A stretch of DNA of 64,000 bases from Octopus vulgaris. Lineage: Eukaryota. Every line of letters begins with the position of its first letter. Positions within the stretch are counted from its first letter, which is position 1. Positions 14,856 through 27,295 of the stretch are shown here, one piece after another. The stretch is from the NCBI GenBank assembly GCA_951406725.2, contig OX597828.1, positions 33,480,001 through 33,544,000 on the forward strand, written 5' to 3'. The position numbers and the translations under genes are program-made. The notes beneath the pieces were generated by a model, which did not search any database, was not told the DNA's origin, and was given only the letters and a program-made list of their open reading frames with translations.

Positions 14856-15090
14856 GCATATTTGCATCAGTCTTTTTGGTTACATCCACAAAATGCACCA
14901 GCTCCCAGCAATTTTTTTACTTTATAGAGTTCAGATGAGATCCTCAATGGACTACAATTCCCAAACGTCTTGAACAGTGCTGCGGCTGGGCATAGGGATC
15001 TCCACTCATCAGATTGGGATTAAGTCACTCGACAACACACTCCAGTCTCTGTCGTTTCACTCCTCTCTTTCTTTTACAAGTATAGTGACG
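14856..15090 (+). mobile_element. Degraded LINE ORF2 post-RT fragment
   Basis: LLYRVQMRSSMDYNSQ resembles the LYKxxVRPxMEYxS motif of Jockey/CR1-group ORF2. Confidence 0.35.
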
Positions 15091-15117
15091 ACAGCTTATT
15101 AGACCAGTCAAATCTTG

Positions 15118-15290
15118 CAGGTGCAGCCGTGGGTGTATGGTTGAGAGCGTCCCTTTGTAACAGTGTGGTTTCGGGTTCAGTTCCACTGCGCGGCATCAGA
15201 GGTGAGTGTCTTTTCGTATAGACCGATCTTGACCACTTACTTGTCAATAAATTTAGTAGACAGAAACTGTGTGAGAGCACATTGTGACTA
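15118..15290 (+). mobile_element. Degenerate 5' half of SINE family A
   Basis: gtgggtgtatggttgagag...tggtttcgggttcagttccactgcgcggca...tagtagacagaaactg aligns with 38917-39070. Confidence 0.65.
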
Positions 15291-15293
15291 TGC

Positions 15294-15355
<62 letters not shown>

Positions 15356-15394
15356 CTCTCTCGCTCTCTGTATATATATATATATATATATATA

Positions 15395-15809
15395 TGAAAG
15401 AATGGAGCTGAACGACGAATTAACAAAATTCCTTTATTTTCGACATATGTTTCGAAGGCTGCATATTCCTAATTGCGAAGGAATAAGGAGTACATAGTGC
15501 CGCTTTCTCATCAGGAAAAGCAAGGAACTTATGTCAACATCAAAATGCACAAAACACTTTTCAATGATTGCTCACATGATTACTATATAATTAGGGTTCA
15601 GCAACGATATGCTTCACCACATACCGAAGTTTAGAAATAGCAGTCAAAAAATCTTAGCTATTCCTTCTACTTTAAAGGTGAAGCATATCGTTGCTGAACC
15701 CTAATTATATAGTATTACTTAAACTTACCATGAAATAGTCCTTTTCATGCCGAATTCTACTTGGTGAAATTACTGATTACTTCTTAATTAATTAATTTCA
15801 CACTTGGTT

Positions 15810-15812
<3 letters not shown>
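15395..15812. mobile_element. Penelope-like pseudo-LTR element between (TA)n arrays, with hammerhead motif and internal 38-bp perfect inverted repeat
   Basis: Hammerhead at 15437-15519 (-); inverted arms 15581-15618 and 15677-15714; (TA)n on both sides. Confidence 0.6.
15437..15519 (-). ncRNA. Type I minimal hammerhead ribozyme motif (Penelope-type)
   Basis: ttttc-CTGATGA-gaaagcggca...tgcagccttc-GAAAC-atat-GTC-gaaaa: intact core, 5-bp stem I, extended stem II, short stem III with palindromic loop, GUC cleavage triplet. Confidence 0.75.
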
Positions 15813-15858
<46 letters not shown>

Positions 15859-17551
15859 GGGAAAAGGAAGAGTTAGAGTTGAAGTTTTTCCTCCCTCACT
15901 CACATGATTACTTTTAGACATACATCCTTACATAGTTCTTCGTTAACGATGGAGAATTGACAGTCGACGATTTATCTTCACTGTTCTTCACTCAGAGTTG
16001 GATCTCGGCATTATTTTGTGTTTGGAGCTTCCTTTCAGATTTTGCTTCACCACGTCAAATGTTTACCCGAGGGAAGAGCTTCCTCTCCCGTATCTAATTG
16101 GTTCTGAATAGTCCTCAACTTCTGTAACATTTTTTCTTTTTTTTTTCTAGATGGGGGTGTTGGCCCTACGAAAGTCCATGTTGATCTCAAAGAAAGCTGA
16201 TCCATAGAGGTTATTTGATCCGTCAAACATGAGACGCCATACCAAGAGCTTGCACTCTGTTAGCATAGCTCTTTGAATCGTTAAGGCATACGAGTCCCCA
16301 CAGTACAACAAAGATTGTACATTGTTGAGGACCAGTTTCAGTGGTCCCTATTTAAAAATGCCATGTGCGCTGCTACCACTTCCGTCCTCTATTAATGGCT
16401 CATTTAAATTATTCAGATGTTCTGTTGCCTCATGTTATTTTCATAAGCACCGTCCTGTGAATCAGTGTCATTCGGCTACAGTTCAGCTGAAACAGAATTA
16501 AACTACATTTGTTTTAGCGAGTGCAAGAACATGAACAATCCATTGCAAATGCGGGATGGCAGCAGTTTCCAGTAATCAGCTTCTCTGCATACGATACTTT
16601 CTAAGATGTGCTTCAATTGTTTGTCTCTCAATAATAAATACGATAACTTCAAGGAAATTTTCTCTGAAATAATTCGTTTTTCAACTCTGAATGAAAAAGA
16701 TAAGCAATTGTAAATATTGGTCAAATGAGTTTTCTGAGCTTATGGCGTTGATACTCTTTTATTTCATTAATCTTTTACCGGTTTCATTCAAACGTGTATT
16801 CATGCTGGGGTAGCGGATTAAAAGATTTAAACTATCTTATATCTTCAATACTTACTTCAGCTTGACGCTTTATTCATTATTTCTTTTTATCTACTAACTT
16901 GCGAAACATAGATAAGCACAACATAAGCAAAATGTTCTTTTACATGGAGATAATCGCACGCACAAAGACAGACACACACACACACATTCACAAATATTAG
17001 TGCCTGTGTGTACGAATGTACGTATGTGTGCCACAGGCTTTTGCATGGTTTCCTTCTGACAAGATCCATGTACAATTTACCGGGCAGCTTGATGCTTATG
17101 AAGATTACATAAGAAAAAGTTTACTTAGTTTAAGGAAATCGTATGAATATTCATCGTCAACAAGTAGATTCCAGTACAAGACAAATACTCGTTAATATAT
17201 ATTGGGAATTATGTGTTGTAAATTTATTCCCAAAATATCAAGTTCTGTTATACTGTCAATGATACCGGTCAAATATGGATGAATAAATAAAATACATTTA
17301 TCAAGAAATACCAACCGCCTCAAAATAGGTCATGATATTTATCTACATAGGACACCTAAATAGAAAAATACTATACTATTTCTATACCTACTACAACTGG
17401 GTAATTTTGCTTATTTTTGATTTATGTTGCCATTGGCAACATTTACTTTTTCACCTAGGATTATAACAGTAGGGAAAATGATAGTTAAGCTGTAAACATT
17501 TTTTAATTTAGTTCCTGTCTCTTGCTCCCTATTCTCTCTATTACCTCTCTC

Positions 17552-17606
<55 letters not shown>

Positions 17607-18184
17607 CATATATATATATATAATTATATATATATATGTGTGTATGTGTGCCTGTGTTTTTGTGCGCGTGTGTGTGTGTGCTTTTTTATGCATAGATACA
17701 AACATTTACGTATATGCATATACTGCAGATGTGCCTCTTTGTTAGCAGATTAGTAGTATTACTCGTAAAAAGTTGATTGATATGCAGATCCTAGTTTAAA
17801 AGAAGCGGCAGCTATTTCCTCAGACATAACATAACAAGTTGTGGGATTCCATAAATCAAAAGGTTCTAACAATAGGGGCAGTACTGTTAGAATTCCTCAA
17901 AGAAAATATTACCGTTATGGCAAGCCTTAAAGATCTTAGCTTCTTCCTTATTGTCATCACTGCAACTAAGATGGCGAATTATCAAAGCGTCAAATGGAGC
18001 GCTTTATAATATTTATTTTGGTTCTCTCTGTTTTCAGCTAAAATCTCTCCTTTGCTTTTTTTTTTTTCGCATGTTTTAGCGTTCGATAAATAAGAATCGC
18101 ACAGTTATGGAATTCATTATTATCTGTAGTAGTACTGGTATTATCATTATCATCATTATTTTATTATTAGCGACTTGAGAAGGC

Positions 18185-18400
18185 TATGTGCTGGCAGAAT
18201 CGTTAGCACGCCGGATGAAATGCTTGGTAGCATTTCATCCGTCTTTACGTTCTAAGTTCCGAATCTTTTGAGGTTGAATTTTCCTTTCCTCCTTTCGGGG
18301 GGGGGGGCGATAAAGTATGTACCAGCTGCCTTGTGGGATCGATGTGATCAACTAGACCCTTCCCCGAAAACTTCAGGTCCTGTGCTTTTTGTAGAGAAGA
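18185..18400 (+). mobile_element. Meta-domain-like tRNA SINE (family B)
   Basis: ctggcagaatcgttagcacgccggatgaaatgctt...ttacgttctaagttc...ttcctttcctcctttcgggg..gataaa..gtaccag. Confidence 0.7.
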
Positions 18401-18814
18401 TAACCCCTTTGTTTTTTACGGAACTGGAACTGTAATTCAAAAGTCCAGCCATGTCATCTTGTGTCCAGCTAAATCGGCCCTAAAATTACATGAAAGGGGT
18501 TCTCATCATCGTTGACGCTAATTTCGTTGGAATTCATTTGGCAGACCAACACGTTGTTCATAGCATTGACCGACGGAAAGTTCCCTGTTGCTTCTGTTAC
18601 CAAAATGAATTAACACATAGAAAAAAACTTTGCAAACGATTTTAAAGTAAAGTTCGTGAAAGCGCTGGGTAAGCTTAAAATAGAGAAAAGACATGTACGC
18701 CAAGGGAAATTGTAGCTCTGGATACGTTATGCCTGAAACAAAGGCAGACTAGCCGTGCTGTGTGAACAGCTTTGCTTTTACGTGCACTCAAACAATGTTG
18801 CTGTGGAGCTTAAA

Positions 18815-19892
18815 AATACATGACAATGTAAATTAGCTTGGCATTTTTATATAGCTTCATTGTAGCCAGCTTCTAGTTTATATCTGATTTAAATAGCGAT
18901 TGCTATCAGTTCCTCTTCGAAAGCAGAAGGATGAAGTGTGTTAACCCTCTGTCAAACAACCAGCCATCTATGAAGCATTTCAGAATAGTCTCCATATTTT
19001 TCCAGGCGTTAGGAGAATAACAAGATATATTTATATTCACCATAGGTACACAGCTATAAGCTAACTAAAATAAATTTATCTTATATGTTCTAATACACTT
19101 TCTAATACACGATTACGAAGCTTTTTATATGTATAACATGACAGGCGGGGTTTCTGTCGTGTCTATTGTGTTTAAATTACAATCTTTCCTGGTGTTTGTC
19201 CTCAAATCAGTCATGAACAAGACATTCCGAGCGCAACACTCCAATTTTCTAAATGTTTTAACGGTACATCCAGATGTATGTTAAAACAAACAAAAATGTG
19301 GCATAATTTATAGGAAATTTTGTTCCTATTTCTAGCAGGCCACGCCAACGTGTAGAGGCTTCCATATTAGCATAATTTATTCCACTATGATGATTTCAGT
19401 AATGCTTCTACATCAGAATGGCTTATTGAAGTTGTTGTTGATGATGTTGATTCTGCTGATGCTGCTGTTGCTGTTGCTGCGGCTGCTGCTGTTGCTGCTG
19501 TGGCTGTTGTTGTTGTTGTTGTTGTTTTTACTGTGGTTGTCCCTGTTGTTACTCAGGTTTGCAAAAGGCAGATTTGTGTTCAAGGACTAAACTGATATTT
19601 GTATTTAAGGCACTATTTTTGTCATTGTGTCCCGCCGTTTCGTTTCTCATTATATATCACCTAAGGAAATGTTTTTATCGGACACAAGGAAATATTTTTA
19701 TCAGACATTTTCTAGGCTACTTAGGTTAAAAGATATGTTTAATGTCAGAAATTAAATATTGTTGCAAGTACAAACACACACACACACACACACACACATA
19801 TATGTGTGTGTGTTTGTGTGGGTTTATATATATGTGTATGTATGTATGTATTATGTAATTATGTATGTATCTACGTATGTATATGTACATAC

Positions 19893-19935
<43 letters not shown>

Positions 19936-20530
19936 CATACATACATACATACATACATACATACATACATACATACATACATACATACGTACATACGTAC
20001 ATACATACATACATACATATATTTGCATATGTGTTTTGAGTAGAATAACGTGATGCATTTATACTTGTTTAACTTGCGCAGTGTAGGTGCTATAAACAGA
20101 AGGTTAAGTGTAATCTAACCACATTAGATTTGTTTTATATATTCTAATTTTCTAATTAAATAATTATCAGGTAATTTATCTAATTATGTTTTCAAATGTG
20201 AGTACATAATATATTCATTAAATCTTTAATCATACCGCTGAGTAATACATGGCAATGCAAATTAGCTTGGCATTTTTATATAGCTTCATTGTAGCCAGCT
20301 TCTAGTTTATATCTGATTTAAATAGCGATTGCTATCAGTTCCTCTTCGAAAGCAGAAGGATGAAGTGTGTTTACCCTCTGTCTAACAACCAGCCATCTAT
20401 GAAGCATTTCAGGATAATCTCCATATTTTTCCAGGCGTTAGGAGAATAACAAGATATATTTATATTCACCATAGGTACACAGCTATAAGCTAACTAAAAT
20501 AAATTTATTTTATATGTTCTAATACACTTT
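18815..20530 (+). repeat. Local direct duplication of about 287 bp (18815-19101 and 20244-20530)
   Basis: Near-identical blocks from aatacatg.caatg.aaattagcttggc to ttatatgttctaatacacttt, with only a handful of substitutions. Confidence 0.9.
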
Positions 20531-21059
20531 GATCTTAAAATATTATATATACTTTATGAGCGTAAGTGCTGTGTATGCGTGTGAGAGAGAGACAGAGAGA
20601 GAGAGTGTGTGTGTGGGGGTGGGTGTGGGTGTTATTTAAATAGCAATTTTGTAACAGTTGCTAGATATTATAACTGGTTGCATGCAATAACATATTCTTC
20701 TAACTTTAAAATTCCTTAGAGATCATCAATGCTTTCGAGTTAGTCGCCATTTTTTATTGCCATGCAAGAGCAATATGTAAACCAACAACAATTCGTCTCA
20801 ATAGGCGTTATTGAATTAAGTCAAGACTGAAGGGTTGCGGTGTGAGGTAGACTGTGTAGAGGCTTGACCGTTTGCCCAGCACATCAAAAGTTGAAATACA
20901 CTATTCACACAAAAATTATGTTTATTTCCTCCAAACTAAAACTGGAAGCTGCTGCTTTTCTCAAACCTTCAAAAGATATAAAATAAACTCTTTTTTACCT
21001 TTTATACCTTTCATTTCTTTATATATTACTTCTTTTGTTTGTTTGTTTGTTTTTTTTTG

Positions 21060-21235
21060 TCTTTTCCTTGTTTCAGTCATTGGACTGCGGCCATGCTGAA
21101 GCACCGTCTTGCAGATTCCGTTCCCAGATATCGTTCCCAGTACAAATCTTTTAAGCCTAGTACTTATTCTATCAGTCTCTATTACAGAACCTCTAAGTTG
21201 TGGGTGCGTAAACAAACCAATATTAGTTGTCCAGA
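21060..21235 (-). mobile_element. SINE family A, 3' half
   Basis: ttgtttcagtcattggactgcggccatgctg...aagcctagtacttattctatc is the reverse complement of the family A tail. Confidence 0.7.
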
Positions 21236-21611
21236 GAGTTGTATAGTCCAGTTTACTTATTAAACACATTCCTGACAACAGATACATGCATATTAAACGC
21301 TAGCATGGAGACACCGTTTCGTTTTGTAGCTATATGATCATACCATGTGTATTAAAGATTTACAAGTCAATATTGATCCTTACTTTTGTGTTAACAGTAC
21401 AAGGTTCTTATTTTTTTTTATCCCTATAGGTTTTCTATGGAATTTATAGCCAGCTCTGAAAGTTGTGATGTTTCGTATACCAATACGTCTGTGTAAACAA
21501 TGCGACCGAAAACAGAGAAAATGGGTAATGTCTGTCTATGCATAATTCAATAGTTACTTGTCTTTCATCAGCTCCACAACCAACTCATCAACTATCCGCG
21601 AACGCATAAAT

Positions 21612-21615
21612 ATAG

Positions 21616-21660
<45 letters not shown>

Positions 21661-21667
21661 GATAGAC

Positions 21668-21737
<70 letters not shown>

Positions 21738-21763
21738 GTAGGTAGGTAGATATATATATATAC

Positions 21764-21801
<38 letters not shown>

Positions 21802-21859
21802 GTAGATATATATATGCATATATATATATATACATATATATACATAGATATATATATAC

Positions 21860-21938
<79 letters not shown>

Positions 21939-22006
21939 TAAATAGATAGATAGATATACAGACAAACAGTAGATAGGTAGGTAGGTAGATAGATATATAT
22001 ATATAC

Positions 22007-22077
<71 letters not shown>

Positions 22078-22125
22078 TAAATAGATAGATAGATATACAG
22101 ACAAACAGATACATACATACATACA
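21612..22125. repeat. Compound (GATA)n/(GACA)n microsatellite with higher-order internal duplications
   Basis: Directly visible; blocks such as gacagacagataaatagatagatagatatacagacaaacag recur. Confidence 0.9.
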
Positions 22126-22155
22126 TATATAATATATATAACTATGTATACATGC

Positions 22156-22177
<22 letters not shown>

Positions 22178-22188
<11 letters not shown>

Positions 22189-22610
22189 CGTATGTATGTA
22201 TGTATGTATGTATGTATGTATGTATGTATGCATATGGTAGTTGTCTACGCTTTATGCACAGTTTGACCACCGCCTGTAGAATGTTAGAATCATCATGACA
22301 TTTGATGTGGCTTTTTAAACCAGACAATGTTTTGAAAAGACACCCACATATATTGCATATCCGATTTGGACCACCAAGTGCTGCAGTTAATTTCTGATCT
22401 TTGTGGATCTTAAAATGTCATTTGAGACCTACGTTAGATTTGCAGACCTTCTGGCATACATTGCATTGAAAAGTGTGCACAAACATATAGGCAGATTAGT
22501 TGGTGGAAGTTAGTTTTTCATGAGTTCGCAAATGAGATTTGAGCCCAGCAAAAGAAAAGCATGGTCTGTCATAGACTGTGCAGACAATGTTCCACAGATG
22601 GTTCTACACT
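22178..22610 (-). mobile_element. RTE-like LINE 3' end encoding three degenerate C2H2 zinc fingers, with (CATA)n tail
   Basis: VCTVYDRPCFSFAGLKSHLRTH; FQCNVCQKVCKSNVGLK*HFKIH; ICNICGCLFKTLSGLKSHIKCH; then ggtggtcaaactgtgc...gtagacaactaccat(atac)n. Confidence 0.7.
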
Positions 22611-22779
22611 CTTTAGGTTTTCCACATATGGAGTAATACTGAGTAATGGGACTTCTAAGGAAAGGGTAAGAAAAACCTCAGTTTCTGATGTACGTTGACT
22701 GTTGTGGACAAGGGAGGTAACTCTTTGCGAAGTAATGTTCAGAAATTGATTGTTCCCTTACATTTGTATCCCCCCTTCA

Positions 22780-25497
22780 CTTTTTTTGGTTGACAATCGG
22801 TGGGTCGTACCCCAGAAGAAGAAGCTCTGCAAAGCATTTCATGCACACATCAACGTAGAATTCTATAAATCTGTCAAATGCGTACGTTACATATGCAAGT
22901 ACATTACTAAAGGATTGGACAGAGCCGTTTTTCAAATAAAATCTACATGATGAAACGACTCTTTTTGAAACTGGACGCTACATATCCACCATTGAAGCCA
23001 TATGAAAAAGCTTAGGATTTCCCGTTCACGAGCGATAACCTCCTATGTTTCATCTCAGCGTTCATCTGGAAAACAGGCAGCGAATTAACTTCACAGAAGA
23101 CAACAGCTGCCCCGCCAAAGACCACTCTCACGCCCTTCTTTCACCTATGCAAATTTGACCCCTTCACAACGTCTATTTTGTACGCTGAAGTGTCACATTA
23201 TTATACATAGGATCAATCATCTTCTCAGTGGCAACGACGAAAACAAGGCCATCCTACGCAGTTGGATCCAGCTGTGTACAAAGGCGACACAATTGGACGC
23301 ATCTACAAAGTTCATTCTTGAACTCCGAATGCTTCTATCTGCAGCTCTTACTTCATGTTGTTCAGGGACCAACCTACTTGGACAATCTTCACACATTGTA
23401 CGGCCACCTATGTGGCACTTTCAAAAATGCCTGTACCAAACAGGGACTCTTGGATACAGATGATTAATATGATAATGCACTAGAAGATGCCGCTCTGTGT
23501 CGTTCTCTGCACAAGCTCCGATACTATTTTGCAATAATGCTGGTTTTTCGCAACCTGACAGACGCACATTCACTTTGGAATAAATACAAATACTCAATGT
23601 GCCATGACATTTTGTTGCAGACTCGCCAAATCACAGGTAACTTTGACACTCCGACTACTCCTACCATTTACAACAGAGGGTTTCTTCTCTTGGAAGACTT
23701 AGTTATGGCAATTAGAGGTCAACGATTGGACGCTTATTCTCTCAACACTCCCGACAAAAATGAAGACTCCTGAACCAATCGCGTCGTTCTCAGAGAAACA
23801 TCCTACAACATCCACAAACTCAAACAATACAAGGCTGACAACGAGCCCTTTCTGAATTCTGATCAATCTGATGTATACAATTTTATCCTCGGAAACATCT
23901 GCACACACACTGGCGGAATCATCTTCTTAGACGCATCCGGTGAAACTAGAAAACATTCCTCCTTAATCTTCTTCTTGCAAAGTTGCGGCATAATGGTGAC
24001 CTTGCTATCTATTGCTGTTGCCTCTCCAGTAATAGCCTTGACTATTCTCGACGGCGGACGAACAGCACACTTTATCTTCAAATTGCCTTTCAATGTGGCA
24101 CATCAAGAAAACCCAACATGCCACATTATGCATTCCTCGGACGAAGCGAGAATTTTGAAAAAGTGCAAATATATTGTTTGTTATGAAGCAACTATGTCCC
24201 ATAAATGTTCCCTACAAGCACTTGATATCACAATGAGAGACCTTAGATCGACCTTGGAGGTGCAACTCTACTTCTTGCAGGAGATTTTTGATAAACTCTG
24301 CCTATTATACCCAAAGGAACACCCGATAATAAACTTAATGCCTGCCTTAAAAAAAACCCTCCTTTGGTCGCATGTCCAATCGAAACAATTCACCATCAAC
24401 ATGAGATCACTCCTACAGACTGGTCAGCCTGCCACCCAGTTTTCGGAAATGCTCCTTAAAATCGCCAATGGACAAATTACGTCCGACGATAACGGATACA
24501 TTGATACTACCACCATTGACCACAATGTCTCCATCCCTGATGACTTATGTTCTGCTGTTTACCCAAATCTTACAACGGAATACATAAAAGCAGATTGATT
24601 TCGCGACAGAGCTGCTCTTGCCCCTACAAATGCAGCTGTCAACACTCTTAACTATGACTTAGCTACCTTCTCAAGAACGTTGTTACGGATCAGTTGACAC
24701 CGTTACCCACATCGATCTGGATACACACTTTCCGACAGAATTTCTCAACTCTCAACATCCTCCAGGACTCCTTCCCCATGAACTTCACTTAAAAGCCGGT
24801 TGCCCTGATATCCTCCTACGCAATCTAAACGCACCCACACTATGCAATGGAACTCGCCTTGTGGTCAAACAAATGATGGACCATTGTCATTGAAGCCCAA
24901 ATTATCACAGGACACAGCAAAAACGATATCGTTTTCATTCCGAAAATTCCTCTAACCCCAACAGATTGCTCCTACCCTATGCAGAGAGTTCAGTTCCCTC
25001 TCAGAGAGTCTCAGTTCCCTGCAATTAACAAAGCACAAGGTCAATCGCAGAAAGTTGTCGAATTGGACCTTTGAACGTCGTTGTTTTAGACATGGACAGT
25101 TCTACGTCGGGTCTTCCAGAGTTAGCCATCCAGATAACTTTTCATCTGTGCTTCTGAAGGAAAAGTCAAAAATGCCGTCTACAAAGCAGCCCTACAGTAA
25201 TTATTCCTCTACTGCAATCTTCACATCTACACTAAACTGTAGCCCTTAGCAATTAGACTTCCTGCAAGCATTTCATTGATATTTTGCTTCCATTCTCTGA
25301 ATGCATTTAAAAGTACATTACCTTCAATGACCCTTCTTAATTCACGCACGCTGTTTGCTCATAAGCGTGCTCTGACATTTATTTTTGTACATGCCATTAT
25401 TTTATTTCTGTGTTTGCTATAGATGTTTGCTTTTCTTTATCATGCATGACTTTCATTGAAAAAAAAGCTTCAATGCAGTTGTGTCAGGCATTACTAG
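22780..25497 (+). mobile_element. Helitron remnant: 5'-truncated Rep/Hel pseudogene (PIF1-family helicase) with 3' terminus
   Basis: VDNRWVVP...HINVE...RYICKYITKG.DRA; FLDASGETRK (degenerate Walker A); ILDGGRTAH..FKLP; PHELHLKAGCP.ILLRNL...LCNGTRLVV; RVQFPL; INKAQGQS; HGQFYVGSSRV. Many stops and frameshifts. Hairpin aatgc...gcatt then CTAG|T at 25494-25498. Confidence 0.92.
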
Positions 25498-25682
25498 TAG
25501 ATATAACTGCATGCTACAAAACGCTTCAGGTAAGATATAGGATCCCTAATACCTACTGCAATTGCGATCTCATTTCATGGATTTCCATTTAATACTAGCT
25601 GCCAAATTTGTGTTCAAAATTTTGCTCTTTATTTATGTTCCGTAATACCATATCATAAACTGATAACGAAAATGGCAATTAT

Positions 25683-25752
<70 letters not shown>

Positions 25753-25773
25753 ATATATCTATGTATATATATA

Positions 25774-25840
<67 letters not shown>

Positions 25841-25848
<8 letters not shown>

Positions 25849-26191
25849 GTTGTATACTATCAATCTAACAAGAACGTGACAGTAGGGGGTACACCACCGT
25901 TGTATAGCCTAGGAGGCATCGAACGCCTCCTGACAGCTTCGACACATTTTTTCCCTGTGTCCTTATATACATATACGAAGGGGAGACAAACACCCCGGCC
26001 GTCGGAACTGCACCTAAATGCAGTTCCGACGGCCGGGGGTGTTTGTCTCCCCTTCGTATATGTATATAAGGACACAGGGAAAAAATGTGTCGAAGCTGTC
26101 AGGAGGCGTTCGATGCCTCCTAGGGCTATACAACGGTGGTGTACCCCCACTGTCACGTTCTTGTTAGATTGACAGTATACAACCATTCTAT
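25841..26191. repeat. 351-bp near-perfect palindrome (foldback/MITE-like element)
   Basis: Arms 25841-26012 and 26019-26191 around loop cctaaa; about 1 substitution and 3 single-base indels; ends TAGAATGGTTG...CAACCATTCTA; left side abuts (TA)n. Confidence 0.95.
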
Positions 26192-26241
26192 CACCCCACC
26201 ACCGTACATGTCTCTACGAGAGGTTTAGAAATTCAATATTT

Positions 26242-26274
<33 letters not shown>

Positions 26275-26276
<2 letters not shown>

Positions 26277-26570
26277 CCTCAGGCCGACTAAAATCTTCTG
26301 AGTGGATTTCGTACTCGGAAACTGAAAGAAAACTATCGTATATTTGTGTATGTGTGTGCCTGTGTCTTGTGTTTGTATCCCACCACCCCACCATTGCTTG
26401 GCAACTAATGTTGCTTTGTTTACATTCCCATAACTTAGCAGTTTGGTAAAAGACACTGACAGAATGAGTACCAGGCTTACAAAGAATAAATTCTGTGGTT
26501 GATTTCTTCGACCAACGGCTGTGCTACAGCATGGCCGCAGTCACATGACTGAAACAAATAAAGCAATAAA
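26275..26570 (+). mobile_element. SINE family A, 5'-truncated
   Basis: agcctcaggccgact...ggaaactgaaagaa...cagcatggccgcagtcacatgactgaaacaaataaa. Confidence 0.75.
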
Positions 26571-26588
26571 CATCTATGCCATTTTAAT

Positions 26589-26617
26589 CCCGAGCAAGGC
26601 CGGGTATCTCTGCTAGT
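26589..26617 (+). mobile_element. Helitron-type 3' terminus (hairpin plus CTAG|T)
   Basis: cccg-agcaaggc-cggg, 8-nt spacer, then ctagt. Confidence 0.5.
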
Positions 26618-26666
26618 TCAACTTGAACCGTCCACAGCAGTGCACCATTATGATAAATATTTGCTA

Positions 26667-26711
<45 letters not shown>

Positions 26712-26712
<1 letters not shown>

Positions 26713-26848
26713 GGCAGGATTCTTTCAGTTTCCATCTAGCAAATCTACTCAGAAGACTTTGGACATCCCGAGGCTATAGCAGAATACACTACTTCAAGGT
26801 GCCATGCAGTGGAGCTGAACCCGGAGCTTACCACACCGCTACGCCTAT
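26712..26848 (-). mobile_element. SINE family A, 5' half
   Basis: tctttcagtttccatctagcaaatctactca...gtgccatgcagtggagctgaacccgga. Confidence 0.7.
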
Positions 26849-26852
26849 ACTT

Positions 26853-26922
<70 letters not shown>

Positions 26923-26924
<2 letters not shown>

Positions 26925-27093
26925 GCACAGGTGTGGCTGTGTGGTAAGAAGCTTGCTTCCCAACCACATGTTTCCATGCTCAGTCCCACAACGTGGCATG
27001 ACAGCTTGGGCAATTTTCTTCTACTGTAGCATTGTGCCGACCAAAGTCTTGTGAGTGGATTTGGTAGACGGAAACTGAAGGAAGCCCGTCGAA

Positions 27094-27145
<52 letters not shown>

Positions 27146-27295
27146 ACATAGTGTTTGCATTTGTTCCCCCATCACCGCTTGACAACCAGTGTTGGTGTGT
27201 TTACGTCCCCGTAACTTAACGGTTCATCAAAAGCGCTGACAGAGTAAGCACTCGGCTTTAAAAAATAAGTCCTGCGGTCGATTTGTTCGACTAAC
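26923..27295 (+). mobile_element. SINE family A with internal (GT)n
   Basis: aggcacaggtgtggctgtgtggtaagaagcttgcttcccaaccacatg...gatttggtagacggaaactgaa...(gt)n...gcttgacaaccagtgttggtgtgtttacgtccccg. Confidence 0.8.

Noticed and set aside
23975-24598. Cellular PIF1 helicase gene
   Set aside because: Intronless, frameshifted, preceded by Helitron-specific motifs and followed by a CTAG terminus.
25672-26186. Mirror-image ORFs on both strands
   Set aside because: Direct consequence of the palindrome; no coding evidence.
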